Counted from the first letter of the stretch, positions 1-9,464 are shown. The stretch: DNA of 21,708 nt from Candidatus Fraserbacteria bacterium (GCA_037446135.1 JBBIJD010000028.1:1-21708), one strand, 5' to 3'. The notes: generated by a model not told the origin, from the sequence alone. A program made the numbers and translations.

Positions 1-1113
1 GATCGAGACGATCCTCTCCGCGGCGTGGCCGTCGCCGAAGGGGTTCGTGGCCTGGGCCATCCTCGCATATTCGGCAGGGCTATCGAGGAGGCGTTGGGCC
101 TCCTTGAAGATCCCCTCCCGAGTCACCCCTACGAGCCTGGCCGTCCCGGCAGCGATGGCCTCCGGCCGCTCGGTCCGCTCACGGATCACCAGGACCGGCT
201 TCCCCAGTGAGGGGGCCTCCTCTTGGATCCCCCCGGAGTCGGTCAAGATAAGATAAGCCCGGCTCATCAGCCAGACGAAGCCCTCATAATCGAGGGGCTC
301 GATCAGGTGGACCCGCTCCAGGCCCTTTAAGGCCCACCGGACTGGCCCTTGAACCCGAGGGTTGAGGTGGACGGGATAGACGAGCTGGACATCCTCGTTA
401 TGTTCGGCGATCAGCCTCAGCCCGGCGCAGATCTCCTCGAGCCGGCCGGATTCGAATGACTCCCGCCGATGGGCGGTCACCAGGACCAGCCTCTTCTCCG
501 GGCTCAAGTCGAGCCCGAGCGCGGTGAACCTCTGCTCTAGACGGGCCTGGATCTCCGGGCTCCTCAGCCGCGCGACGGTCCAGAGGAGGGCATCGATCAC
601 GGTATTCCCAGTCACGAAGATCCTTTCAGCGGGGAAGCCCTCCCGGAGGAGGTTCTCTTTGGCCCCCTCGGTAGGGGCGAAGAGCCAGTCGGAGAGCTGA
701 TCAGCCAAGCGGCGGTTCATCTCCTCGGGGAAGGGGGCGAACTTATCCTGAGAGCGGAGGCCGGCCTCGATGTGGCCGACCTTGATCTTCTGGTAGTAAG
801 CCGCCAAGGCCCCGATGAAGGCCGTGGTCGTGTCCCCCTGGACGAGGACCAGCTCAGGCCGCTCGGCCTTTAAGACCTTCTCCAGGGCTTCCAAGCCCGC
901 GGTGGTGACTTGGAAGAGGCTCTGGTCGGGGCGCATGATCCCGAGGTCAAAGTCGGGGCGGATCTCGAAGAGCTCGAGGACTTGATCGAGCATCTCTCGA
1001 TGCTGGGCAGTGACGCAGACCCGGGGCTTTTGCCCCTGCCGCTCGAGCTCCTTGATCACCGGGGCGAGCTTGATCGCCTCCGGTCTGGTGCCGAAGATCA
1101 CAAGGAGCCTCAT
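1..1113 (-). CDS. wecB: UDP-N-acetylglucosamine 2-epimerase (non-hydrolysing), 3' end truncated by the window edge
   Basis: Not in the ORF track. Manual translation from ATG at 1113 gives [19 protein letters not shown]...VCVTAQHREMLDQVL...VLVQGDTTT...GHIEAGLRS...PFPEEMNR...TGNTVIDAL, the hallmark WecB motifs. The start overlaps the upstream stop (ATGA). Confidence 0.95.
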   Translation of the reverse strand, partial: MRLLVIFGTRPEAIKLAPVIKELERQGQKPRVCVTAQHREMLDQVLELFEIRPDFDLGIMRPDQSLFQVTTAGLEALEKVLKAERPELVLVQGDTTTAFIGALAAYYQKIKVGHIEAGLRSQDKFAPFPEEMNRRLADQLSDWLFAPTEGAKENLLREGFPAERIFVTGNTVIDALLWTVARLRSPEIQARLEQRFTALGLDLSPEKRLVLVTAHRRESFESGRLEEICAGLRLIAEHNEDVQLVYPVHLNPRVQGPVRWALKGLERVHLIEPLDYEGFVWLMSRAYLILTDSGGIQEEAPSLGKPVLVIRERTERPEAIAAGTARLVGVTREGIFKEAQRLLDSPAEYARMAQATNPFGDGHAAERIVSI

Positions 1114-2387
1114 CTTGATAGGCACAGGCAGTCGATCAATCCGAGCACATCGCTCACACTAGGAGGGCTTGGGGGCAAGGTCTCTCGGGCGCCGTCGGCC
1201 TTGACTAGCAGGAAGGCCCCCTCTTGAGTATGCTTCCCAGTGAAGGGCCCCTCTTGGGCTTGGGGTTTATCCAGCCTGGCCCGGAAGTTAATCCCCTTCT
1301 CGGGGAGGAGGACCAGGTCTGGAGCCCGATCGAGCCAGGGCCCGTGGTAGATCTCCTCCTTCTGGCAGGCCCGGCGGACCACCTTCCGGCCATCGAGCTT
1401 GAGCCCTTCGAAGAGGGCGATGAGCTCGGCGATTAGCCGTTCCTTATCCTTCGGGTCCACGCTCCCCTGGGGGAAGCGCCCCTTTGAGTTGAGGTAAATC
1501 CTCGCCGGGTCGAGGGCAAAGGCCTTGGTCTCTTTGCTGATATCCTTAAGGTCTTCAGAGCCCCCTTCGAGCTCGAGCTGGAGGAAGCCCTCCTCCCTCA
1601 GGATGGGATTGACATAGACCTCTTTCTCCAGCCGCTCGAAGCCATGGTCGGAGAGCAGGATCAGCAAGTCGTCCTCCTCTAGCCTTCCGGCGATCTCGCC
1701 GATTACCTCATCTATCTGATGGAGATGAGCTAGGAAGGCCTGGTGATATTTATGGGCTGGGTCTTCATAGGCCTCCCAGAGGAAGTGGGCCAGCCGATCC
1801 GTAGTGGTGAAGACGAGCATGAAGGTCTCCCAAGGCTCCTTATCCCAGAGGTGGCGATAGGCGGCGATATGGGAAGAGAGGGTCCTCTGGAGATCTTCAA
1901 GGAAGAGCTCGAGCGAGTGATGGCCCTTCGCTGAATCGACATCGAGGCGGTAATCCAGCCGCTCGAGCTGGGGGATCAGCTCGGGGGGATAGACCGCCTT
2001 CCGCAGCTCGAGGGCCACGAACCCGGAGATGAGGACCCCATTCATGGCCCTGGCGGGGTAGGTCGAGGGGACATTGATGATCGCTGCTCTTCCGCTCCCT
2101 TCTCGCTCCCAGAAGGGTGGCGCCTTCAGGTCGGAGAAGTTGGGGAAGATGAGCCGATAGCTCCTAGGAGCAAGGTCGGTAAACCCGAAGATCCCGTGCT
2201 CTCCGGGGTTCTTCCCTGTAATTATTGAGCTCCAGGCCACGGAGGAGACCTCGGGGATCGAGGAGGTCATCTCCCGGAAGGCCCCTTCAACGATGAGGGC
2301 CCGCATGTTCGGCATCACTCCTCTCTCCGCCAGGTCGGCGATCAAACTGTAGGGCATCCCATCGAGCCCGATGATCACGGTCTTCAT
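1110..2387 (-). CDS. Alkaline phosphatase superfamily protein (type I phosphodiesterase/nucleotide pyrophosphatase-like), 425 aa
   Basis: Likely start [10 protein letters not shown] at 2387, an ATGA overlap with the cysN stop; the ORF-track extension to 2555 lies inside cysN. Motifs: [31 protein letters not shown] (nucleophile region), TDRLAH, LSDHG, C-terminal GKH. Confidence 0.85.
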   Translation of the reverse strand: MKTVIIGLDGMPYSLIADLAERGVMPNMRALIVEGAFREMTSSIPEVSSVAWSSIITGKNPGEHGIFGFTDLAPRSYRLIFPNFSDLKAPPFWEREGSGRAAIINVPSTYPARAMNGVLISGFVALELRKAVYPPELIPQLERLDYRLDVDSAKGHHSLELFLEDLQRTLSSHIAAYRHLWDKEPWETFMLVFTTTDRLAHFLWEAYEDPAHKYHQAFLAHLHQIDEVIGEIAGRLEEDDLLILLSDHGFERLEKEVYVNPILREEGFLQLELEGGSEDLKDISKETKAFALDPARIYLNSKGRFPQGSVDPKDKERLIAELIALFEGLKLDGRKVVRRACQKEEIYHGPWLDRAPDLVLLPEKGINFRARLDKPQAQEGPFTGKHTQEGAFLLVKADGARETLPPSPPSVSDVLGLIDCLCLSR

Positions 2388-3652
2388 AGCCCGGTGATAA
2401 TCCCCCCAGCGGAGATCTCCTCCCCGCCTTGTCCCCGGCCGAGGACGAACCGTCCGAGCGCGCGGAGCTCGGAGAATCGCGTGGCCACGATCGGGGAGGC
2501 CGTGGTGAGCCGGACCCTTCCGACCTCCAGGCCCCCCAGGGCCTTTGCATCCCACTCGAGGACCTCTAGAGAGGCGGAATCGACTCGCTCCATGATCGCT
2601 TCGATCCTGGCCTGGGCCTCCTGGGTCGCGAGCCTGAGGATGAATTCCTCGCCTAGCTCGAGGCCCCTTTCCGTCAGGCAGATGAGGTTGGCGGTAAAAC
2701 CGGTCACTACTGCCGGCCCCGGCTCTGGCTCGGACTCGGGCTCGGGGAGGCAGAGGACTCGGCCACGGTCCAGGACGAGCCCCTCCGCTCCCGCTATCGT
2801 GACCCCGACGGCCTCGCCGGGATGGGCCTCAGCCGGGCTCTCCCCGAATTTCTCGATGGACCTGATCGTCGCTAGTTGCCCATCCGGGAGGACCCGGACC
2901 TTCGCCCCTCTCCTCAAGAGCCCGGCCTCGACCCGCCCGACGAAGATCCGCTGGCCGTCAAGCTCATAGCCATCCTGGATCGGGAAGATGAGGGGCTTAT
3001 CCTCCGGCAGGGCCGGTGCGGGGAGGGAGTCGAGGGCTGCAAGGAGGCTCGGGCCGCGATACCAAGCCATCTTCCCCGAAGTTTCAGCGATGTTCTCTCC
3101 CTCTTTGGCCGAGATGGGGATCGAGGCCCTCGGGGCCAAGCCTACGGCCTCAAGGAGCGCCCGGACCTCCCGTTCGAGCGCCCGGAAGGCTCCCTCGCGG
3201 TAGCCTACGAGGTCCATCTTGTTCAAGGCCACGATGACCTCCTCCAGGCCGAGCAGGGAGAGGATGTAGGCATGGCGGCGGGTCTGTTCTTGCACACCTC
3301 GGCTAGCGTCGACGATCAAGACCGCCGCATCGGCCTGAGCGGCCCCGGTGATCATGTTCTTCAAAAATTCGACATGGCCCGGGGCATCGATGAGCACATA
3401 GTCCCTCGCGGGCGTGGAGAAGAAGGTCTGAGCGGTGTCGATCGTGAGGGCCCCTTCCCGCTCCTCTTTGAGATGGTCCAAGAGGAAGGCGAACTCCGCT
3501 CCGGTTTCGGCGCCGAGCTCCCTTGCGGCCTGGCGGGCCTCCTCGAGCCGGTCTAGCGCGATCGAGCCCGTATCATAGAGGAGTCGGCCGATGAGGGTGG
3601 ACTTCCCGTGGTCCACATGGCCGACGAGCACAAAGCGGAGGCGTTCCCTCAT
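2384..3652 (-). CDS. cysN: Sulfate adenylyltransferase subunit 1 (GTPase), no fused APS kinase domain
   Basis: [24 protein letters not shown] and SAKEG GTPase motifs; EF-Tu-like domains 2/3; directly downstream of cysD. Confidence 0.9.
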   Translation of the reverse strand: MRERLRFVLVGHVDHGKSTLIGRLLYDTGSIALDRLEEARQAARELGAETGAEFAFLLDHLKEEREGALTIDTAQTFFSTPARDYVLIDAPGHVEFLKNMITGAAQADAAVLIVDASRGVQEQTRRHAYILSLLGLEEVIVALNKMDLVGYREGAFRALEREVRALLEAVGLAPRASIPISAKEGENIAETSGKMAWYRGPSLLAALDSLPAPALPEDKPLIFPIQDGYELDGQRIFVGRVEAGLLRRGAKVRVLPDGQLATIRSIEKFGESPAEAHPGEAVGVTIAGAEGLVLDRGRVLCLPEPESEPEPGPAVVTGFTANLICLTERGLELGEEFILRLATQEAQARIEAIMERVDSASLEVLEWDAKALGGLEVGRVRLTTASPIVATRFSELRALGRFVLGRGQGGEEISAGGIITGL

Positions 3653-3679
3653 CCCCGTTTCTCACCTCGCATCCATCAA

Positions 3680-4480
3680 TCACATGTAGCCTAAGGCCCG
3701 GAGCTTCTGCATCATCTGGGCCTCCTCTTTATCTTGGGCCCGACCGCTCCGCTCGGAGAGCCGACTGGCCCGGAGCTCGGCGATGAGCTTCTCGACTGTA
3801 TCCGCCTCCGAGGCGATCGGGCGACAGCAGGGCTCGCAGCCGATCGAGCGGTAACGCTGGCCATTTCGGGCGAAGTAGAGCGGGACGATCGGGAGGCCCT
3901 CCCGTTCGATATATTCCCAGATGTCGATCTCCCGCCAGCCCAGGAGCGGGTGGACCCGGATGTGCTCCTCACCCTCGGCCTTGGTCTTATATTGGTCCCA
4001 TAGCTCCGGCGGCTGAGCCCGGTAGTCCCAGGCGAAGTCCTCGCCCCTTGGGGAGAAGAACCGCTCCTTGGCCCGGATCCCGTGCTCATCCCGTCTTATC
4101 CCCAGGTAGAGGGCCTTCCAGCCGTGGGCGGCGATAGCCCCCTTTAAGGCCGCGGTCTTGAGGGCGGTGCAGCACTGGAACCGGCCCTTCCCCGGGCCCA
4201 TCCCCTCCTTTAGGGCCCGCTCATTCCGCCAGACCAGGAGGTCGAGCCCCCACTCCCGGGCATACCTGTCTCGGAATTCATAGATCTCCTGGAACTTATA
4301 GCTCGTATCGAGGTGGAGGATCGGGAAGGGTATCCGCCCGAAGAAGGCCTTCCTTGCGAGCCAGACGAGGGTGGTCGAGTCCTTCCCGACTGACCAGAGG
4401 AGCGCGACCTTCCGGAACTGGCGGTAGGCTTCACGAATGATGTAGATGCTCTGGTTCTCTAGCTCTCTAAGATGGTCCAT
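3680..4480 (-). CDS. cysD: Sulfate adenylyltransferase subunit 2, 266 aa
   Basis: Start taken at MDHLRELENQSIYIIREAY. Motifs: WSVGKDS PP-loop, GIRRDE, RAKERFFS, QPPELW, RVHPL, RYRSIGC, and CysD-type C-terminus SERSGRAQD...LRALGYM. Confidence 0.92.
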   Translation of the reverse strand: MDHLRELENQSIYIIREAYRQFRKVALLWSVGKDSTTLVWLARKAFFGRIPFPILHLDTSYKFQEIYEFRDRYAREWGLDLLVWRNERALKEGMGPGKGRFQCCTALKTAALKGAIAAHGWKALYLGIRRDEHGIRAKERFFSPRGEDFAWDYRAQPPELWDQYKTKAEGEEHIRVHPLLGWREIDIWEYIEREGLPIVPLYFARNGQRYRSIGCEPCCRPIASEADTVEKLIAELRASRLSERSGRAQDKEEAQMMQKLRALGYM

Positions 4481-4559
4481 AGCTTCAGTCTCTCTCTTAC
4501 TGGCCCGGGCTGATGCTCGGGCTCGGGGCCGCCCCTGGCGGCTCAGCGGGCTCCGGAGG

Positions 4560-4568
4560 ATTATAACA
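4560..4568 (-). promoter_or_regulatory. Extended -10 promoter for the cysDN operon
   Basis: Minus strand reads TGTTATAAT (TGn + perfect TATAAT) about 80 nt upstream of the cysD ATG; no good -35. Confidence 0.6.
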
Positions 4569-4578
4569 AATCCGCGGT

Positions 4579-4608
4579 TTGACACCCTCCTCTGGCCCCG
4601 GGGATAAT
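4579..4608 (+). promoter_or_regulatory. Sigma70-type promoter for the ligase/TPR gene
   Basis: TTGACA (4579-4584), 18 bp, GATAAT (4603-4608); the ATG follows after 7 nt. Confidence 0.65.
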
Positions 4609-4615
4609 CGACCCG

Positions 4616-6895
4616 ATGGGCACGAGTGCACGCCGGAGGAAGCGAGGCCGGTCGCAGCCGAAGGCCTGGGCCAGGTCACGGCCGCTCCGCGCCGGCCCTC
4701 GGCCCGAGCCGATCCAGAGCTCGATCTCCGCTCTCATCCCCTCAGTGAGACGGGCCATCACGGCCTTCTTTATCTTCGTCCTCCCGCTGCTCATCTACCT
4801 GGGGAACACCGAATACGGCTACACCAAATCGATCTTCGCCCTCTTCGTCATCTCCTTCCTCATGGTCCTCTGGGCCCTGGAGATGGCCTTAAAGAGGGAC
4901 TATCGGCTCAATCTCACTCCGCTCTTCCTCCCCGGCCTGGCGTTGCTCTTGGCCGGGGCGCTCTCGCTGGTCAATGCCACCTCTCTCGGGACGGCCCTCC
5001 AGAGCCTCGGCTTGCTCTTTTACTTCTTCAGCTTCTACCTCTTCCTCGCTAACAGCGTGGAGCAGGAGTGGGAGATCAAGCTCTACCTGGGCATGATCCT
5101 CGCCTCGGCCTCGCTCGCCTCGGTCTACGGGATCTTGCAGTATTTCGGGGTCCTCCCCGGGACCCCAGGGGTCCCCAGAGGGCCGGGGGCGATCATCTCT
5201 ACGATGGGGAACAAGAACTATCTCGGTGGGTTTTTGGCTTGCTTGGCCCTCCCATCCCTCATCCTCCCCCTCAGGCTCAGGAGCTGGCCCCTGCGGGCCC
5301 TGAGCCTCCTCGCCCTAGCGGTGGTCATCTATACCCTCACATTGGTCCAGTCCGACGGGGCCTGGCTGGCTTTGGGCCTCTCCGGGGCCTTCTTCCTCGG
5401 CGGGCTCCTCTATTTCCGGCTCTATCGGGCCATCAAGCTCAGAAAGGGCTGGCTAGTCATCGGCGGGGCGATCCTCGTGGCCCTCCTCTTGGTGGCCCTG
5501 GCTCATTCCTCGGCTCAGGAGCAAGAGCGGGAAGTCGCCCCCTCCTTAGCTGAGGGCTCGGCCTTGCCAATTATGCTGAGAGGTGAGGGCCCATCCCTTA
5601 AGCTCAGCGGCCTGGAGCTCCCGGTGATCGACCAGTTGAAGAGGCTCTGGGAGAAGAATTCTGGGCGGATCCGGGCTTGGGACTGGTGGGTCGGCTGGGA
5701 GATGCTCAAGGCCCATCCTCTTTTAGGGGTCGGGATCGGCCATTATAAGATCCAATTCCTGCCGTATAAGGCCAGGTTCCTGGCGACTGAGCGAGGGAAG
5801 CGGTATAACTTCTACATCCAGCGGGCGGCCCAGGCCCACAATGAGTATGTCCAGGCCGCGGCGGAGATGGGCGGGCTGGGGGTCCTGGCCGGGGGCTTCG
5901 CCCTGACGATGATCTTCCTCGGGGGCTATCGGACCATTCGGCGGGCCGGGGCGAAAGAGAAGTTCCTAGCCCTGGCCCTCCTCGCGGGGGTCGTGGCCTC
6001 CCTCGGCGATGGCCTCTTCAGCTTCCCCTTCCACCTCCCCGCCTCGGCCCTGGCCTTCATTTCCCTCCTCGGCCTCCTTAATTCCCGGTATCTCCTCAAG
6101 GGCACCTATGGGCGGAAGCTCGAGCTCCCTGGCCCGAGACGCTGGCTCGTCCTCGTCCCGGTGTTAATATTGGGGATCTCGGTCACGGCCCTGGCCTATC
6201 GCGACTGGCTGGCCGATACCTATCTCGACCGGGGGGAGCGACTCCTCAAGTTGGGAGAGCTCGAGGCGGCCAGGGTCGAACTGGAGCGGAGCCTGGCCCT
6301 CGACTTTGCCCCCAGCAAGGCCCTCTATTGGCTCGGCTCGATCTACCACAAGCTGGGGGATGAGAAGGGCGATCAGCCCCTCCTCGAGAGGAGCCTAGCG
6401 CTCCTCGAGCGGTCGCTCTCGTCCTTCCAGGTCGAGCAGACCTACTTCCAGCTCGCCCAGCTCTACCTCAACCTCGGAAAGCTCGATCAGGCAACGGACT
6501 ATGTGAATAAGCTCTTGGCGACCCTTCCGGAGCCGGGGCTGGCCCTCGATGGCCGCTACCTTGGGGCGGTGATCGCCTGGCAGCGCGGGGACCTGGAGGA
6601 GGCCCTGAAGAGGCTCAATGAGCTGGTTGCTCAACGGAAGGACTATGAGCGGGCCTACATTGTCAGGGCCAGGATCTATCTCCAGCAAGGGCAGAGCGGC
6701 CTGGCCCGGCTCGACCTGGAAGAGGCCGGCAAGGTCATCGAGCGGAAGTTGAACGCCAACCGGAGTCAGCTCATCCGGCTGAAGGACCAGGGGCTCCTCA
6801 CCCTAGACCAGTATGCCGAGCTGACGGGCGAGCTCGCCCGGCTCGAGGAGGAGAAGAAGACGGTCGAGGAGCTCCTCCAGGGGCTCTCTAAATGA
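4616..6895 (+). CDS. O-antigen ligase (Wzy_C/WaaL-like) family membrane protein with C-terminal TPR repeats
   Basis: Many hydrophobic segments; STMGNKNYLGGFL; large loop with SGRIRAWDW...HPLLGVGIG...QAHNEYVQAAAEMGGLG; FSFPFH; TPR-like helical repeats and a coiled coil at the C-terminus. Confidence 0.8.
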   Translation: MGTSARRRKRGRSQPKAWARSRPLRAGPRPEPIQSSISALIPSVRRAITAFFIFVLPLLIYLGNTEYGYTKSIFALFVISFLMVLWALEMALKRDYRLNLTPLFLPGLALLLAGALSLVNATSLGTALQSLGLLFYFFSFYLFLANSVEQEWEIKLYLGMILASASLASVYGILQYFGVLPGTPGVPRGPGAIISTMGNKNYLGGFLACLALPSLILPLRLRSWPLRALSLLALAVVIYTLTLVQSDGAWLALGLSGAFFLGGLLYFRLYRAIKLRKGWLVIGGAILVALLLVALAHSSAQEQEREVAPSLAEGSALPIMLRGEGPSLKLSGLELPVIDQLKRLWEKNSGRIRAWDWWVGWEMLKAHPLLGVGIGHYKIQFLPYKARFLATERGKRYNFYIQRAAQAHNEYVQAAAEMGGLGVLAGGFALTMIFLGGYRTIRRAGAKEKFLALALLAGVVASLGDGLFSFPFHLPASALAFISLLGLLNSRYLLKGTYGRKLELPGPRRWLVLVPVLILGISVTALAYRDWLADTYLDRGERLLKLGELEAARVELERSLALDFAPSKALYWLGSIYHKLGDEKGDQPLLERSLALLERSLSSFQVEQTYFQLAQLYLNLGKLDQATDYVNKLLATLPEPGLALDGRYLGAVIAWQRGDLEEALKRLNELVAQRKDYERAYIVRARIYLQQGQSGLARLDLEEAGKVIERKLNANRSQLIRLKDQGLLTLDQYAELTGELARLEEEKKTVEELLQGLSK

Positions 6896-6900
6896 GCCTA

Positions 6901-6929
6901 TTGCACCCCTCCTAGCCCTAGCCTAAAAT
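6901..6929 (+). promoter_or_regulatory. Sigma70-type promoter for secA
   Basis: TTGCAC (6901-6906), 17 bp, TAAAAT (6924-6929), in the short intergenic gap. Confidence 0.6.
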
Positions 6930-6938
6930 GGGGTGACT

Positions 6939-9419
6939 ATGCCCCTCGAATTCCTCAAGCATGCGGTCGAGTGGCTCTTCGGCGAGACGAACGAGCAGCG
7001 CTTGAAGCGCCTCCAGCCCTATCTCGAGGCGGTCAACGCCCTCGGGCCAAAGATCAAAGGGCTCTCGGATGATGAGCTCGCGGCCAAGACCGCTGAATTC
7101 CGGAAGAGACTCGAGGCCGGGGAAGCCCTGGACGATCTCCTCCCTGAGGCCTTCGCCGTCGTTCGGGAGGTGGCTGAGCGTAAAGTGGGGCTCCGCCCCT
7201 TCGATGTCCAGGTCCTGGGGGCAGTGGTCCTTCATCAGCGGCGGATCGCGGAGATGAAGACCGGTGAGGGGAAGACCCTGGTGGCGACCATGCCGGCCTA
7301 CCTCAATGCCCTGGTCGGGAAGGTCCATATCGTCACGGTCAACGACTATCTCGCCAAGCGGGACCGCTACTGGATGGGCCCGATCTACGAGTTCTTGGGC
7401 CTGAAAGTCGGCCTCCTCCAGGAGGGGATGGAGATCCCCGAACGGAAGGCGGCCTATGCCTGCGACATCATCTACGGGACGAACAACCAGTTCGGGTTCG
7501 ATTACCTGAGAGATAACCTGGCCATCTCGGTAGACCAGCGGGTCCAGACCGGCCTCGACTACGCCATCATCGACGAGGTCGATAACATCTTGATCGACGA
7601 GGCCCGGACCCCCTTGATCATCTCCGGCTCGACCGAGGAGTCGGCCCGCCTTTACAAGAAGTTCGCCTCGCTCGCCCCGCTCTTCAAGGAGGGCCAAGAC
7701 TTCGAGAAGGACGAGAAGGCCAGGAGCGTCTTCCTCACTGAGCAGGGGGTCCGGAAGGCCGAGGAGCTCCTCCACCAAGATAATATCTACTCTCCGGAGA
7801 ATATCGAGCTCCTCCATCACTTGGAGGTGGCCCTCCGGGCCAGGCTCTTCTTCCACAAGGATGTGGACTACATCGTCAAGGACGGCAGAGTCATCATCGT
7901 CGACGAATTCACCGGGCGGCTGATGCCGGACAGGAGATACAGCGATGGGCTCCACCAGGCCCTCGAGGCCAAAGAGGGGCTCGAGATCCGCCGGGAGACC
8001 CAGACTTTAGCCCAGATCACCCTCCAGCACTACTTCAGGCTCTACAAGGGGCTCGCGGGGATGACCGGGACGGCCAAGACCGAGGAAGACGAGTTCAAGG
8101 AGATCTACGGGATGGATGTCGTGGTGATCCCCACCCACAAGCCGATGATCCGGAAGGACCTCCCGGATATCCTCTTCCGGAGCGAGGAGGCCAAGTTCCG
8201 CGCGATCGTGGACGAAGTCGAGAGGCTCCACAAGGAGGGGAGGCCGGTCCTGATCGGGACCAACTCCATCGAGAAGTCCGAGCGCCTCTCGGCCTTGATG
8301 AAGCGCCGCGGGCTGAAGCACAATGTCCTCAACGCCAAATACCACGAGAAGGAGGCCGAGATCATCAAGGACGCCGGCCAGCGCGGGGCGATCACCGTGG
8401 CCACGAACATGGCCGGAAGAGGGGTCGATATCAAGCTCGGCGAGGGTGTGGCCGCTCTCGGCGGCTTGCATATCATCGGCGCTCAAAGGCACGAGTCCCG
8501 AAGGATCGATGACCAGCTCCGCGGCCGGGCGGGACGGCAAGGTGACCCCGGCTCATCCCAGTTCTTCATCTCCTTGGAGGATGAGCTGATCCGGCTCTTC
8601 GGTGGCGAGCGGATCGGGGCGATCATGGCCCGGCTCGGCCTGGAGGAGGGCCAGGCGATCACCCATGACCTCCTGACGAGGGCGGTCCGCCGGGCCCAGA
8701 AGCGGGTCGAGGAGCGGAACTTCGAGATCCGGAAGCGCCTCCTCCAGTATGACCAGGTCATGGCCAAGCAGCGTGAGGCCATCTACTCCTTGAGGAGCCG
8801 GTTCCTCCTCGGCGGGGAGGCGGATGAGCAGGAATTAGAAGAATATCTCCATGGGCTCATAGAAGAGTATGCTAGTGGGCTGGTCGAGCGGTTCCTCCCT
8901 GATAATGGCGAGTGGGACCTTGGAGGGCTTCAGCGGGCCCTCGCTGAGTTCCAGAATGTCACCTTCGATCCCGCTCGGCTCAGCCTCGACAGTCGCCGCC
9001 GCGAGGATTATCAGGAGATCATCGAGCAATTCCTGGTCGAGAACTATCGGGCCCAGGCCGCCCGCTTGGGGGCGCACTTCCCCCAAGTCGCCCGGTGGAT
9101 GATCCTCAACATCATCGATGAGAACTGGCGACGCCACCTCTGGGAGTTGGACGAATTGCGGGAGGGGATCGGCTGGCGGGGCTATGCGGGCCGGGACCCA
9201 CTGGTCGAGTTCACCAAGGAGGCCTTCCTCCTCTTTCAGGCCATGCTCGCCCGCTGCCAGGAGCAGATCGTCCACTACCTGGTCAAGCCGCGGCTCGAGC
9301 TCCGCCAGAGGGCCGAGGAAGAGGGAGCCCGGCCGCTCTCCCGTCGCGAGCGGCGGCTCGCGGCGCGGTTCAAGACCAAAGAGAGCAAGCTGAAGCCGCG
9401 GAAGGGGCCGAAGGCCTAA
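6939..9419 (+). CDS. secA: Preprotein translocase ATPase SecA
   Basis: MKTGEGKT, VTVNDYLAKRD, DEVDNILIDEARTPLIISG, VATNMAGRGVDI, RGRAGRQGDPGSS. ATG at 6939 preferred; an in-frame GTG lies at 6933. Confidence 0.97.
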   Translation: MPLEFLKHAVEWLFGETNEQRLKRLQPYLEAVNALGPKIKGLSDDELAAKTAEFRKRLEAGEALDDLLPEAFAVVREVAERKVGLRPFDVQVLGAVVLHQRRIAEMKTGEGKTLVATMPAYLNALVGKVHIVTVNDYLAKRDRYWMGPIYEFLGLKVGLLQEGMEIPERKAAYACDIIYGTNNQFGFDYLRDNLAISVDQRVQTGLDYAIIDEVDNILIDEARTPLIISGSTEESARLYKKFASLAPLFKEGQDFEKDEKARSVFLTEQGVRKAEELLHQDNIYSPENIELLHHLEVALRARLFFHKDVDYIVKDGRVIIVDEFTGRLMPDRRYSDGLHQALEAKEGLEIRRETQTLAQITLQHYFRLYKGLAGMTGTAKTEEDEFKEIYGMDVVVIPTHKPMIRKDLPDILFRSEEAKFRAIVDEVERLHKEGRPVLIGTNSIEKSERLSALMKRRGLKHNVLNAKYHEKEAEIIKDAGQRGAITVATNMAGRGVDIKLGEGVAALGGLHIIGAQRHESRRIDDQLRGRAGRQGDPGSSQFFISLEDELIRLFGGERIGAIMARLGLEEGQAITHDLLTRAVRRAQKRVEERNFEIRKRLLQYDQVMAKQREAIYSLRSRFLLGGEADEQELEEYLHGLIEEYASGLVERFLPDNGEWDLGGLQRALAEFQNVTFDPARLSLDSRRREDYQEIIEQFLVENYRAQAARLGAHFPQVARWMILNIIDENWRRHLWELDELREGIGWRGYAGRDPLVEFTKEAFLLFQAMLARCQEQIVHYLVKPRLELRQRAEEEGARPLSRRERRLAARFKTKESKLKPRKGPKA

Positions 9420-9432
9420 ACACCCTAACGCC

Positions 9433-9461
9433 TTGACAGCCACGCGGTCCATCGGTATCAT
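9433..9461 (+). promoter_or_regulatory. Sigma70-type promoter of the hrcA-grpE-dnaK-dnaJ operon
   Basis: TTGACA (9433-9438), 17 bp, TATCAT (9456-9461). Confidence 0.8.
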
Positions 9462-9464
9462 TAC

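Noticed and set aside
2388..2555. ORF-track N-terminal extensions (AlkP gene to 2555, cysD to 4585, hrcA from 9485, M50 to 17647, antitoxin to 20385)
   Set aside because: They overlap neighbouring genes, promoters or the CIRCE and lack family-like sequence; downstream starts fit homology and coupling better.
2715..2750. Short tandem-like repeat encoding [11 protein letters not shown] in cysN
   Set aside because: Low-complexity interdomain linker with no sign of a separate element.
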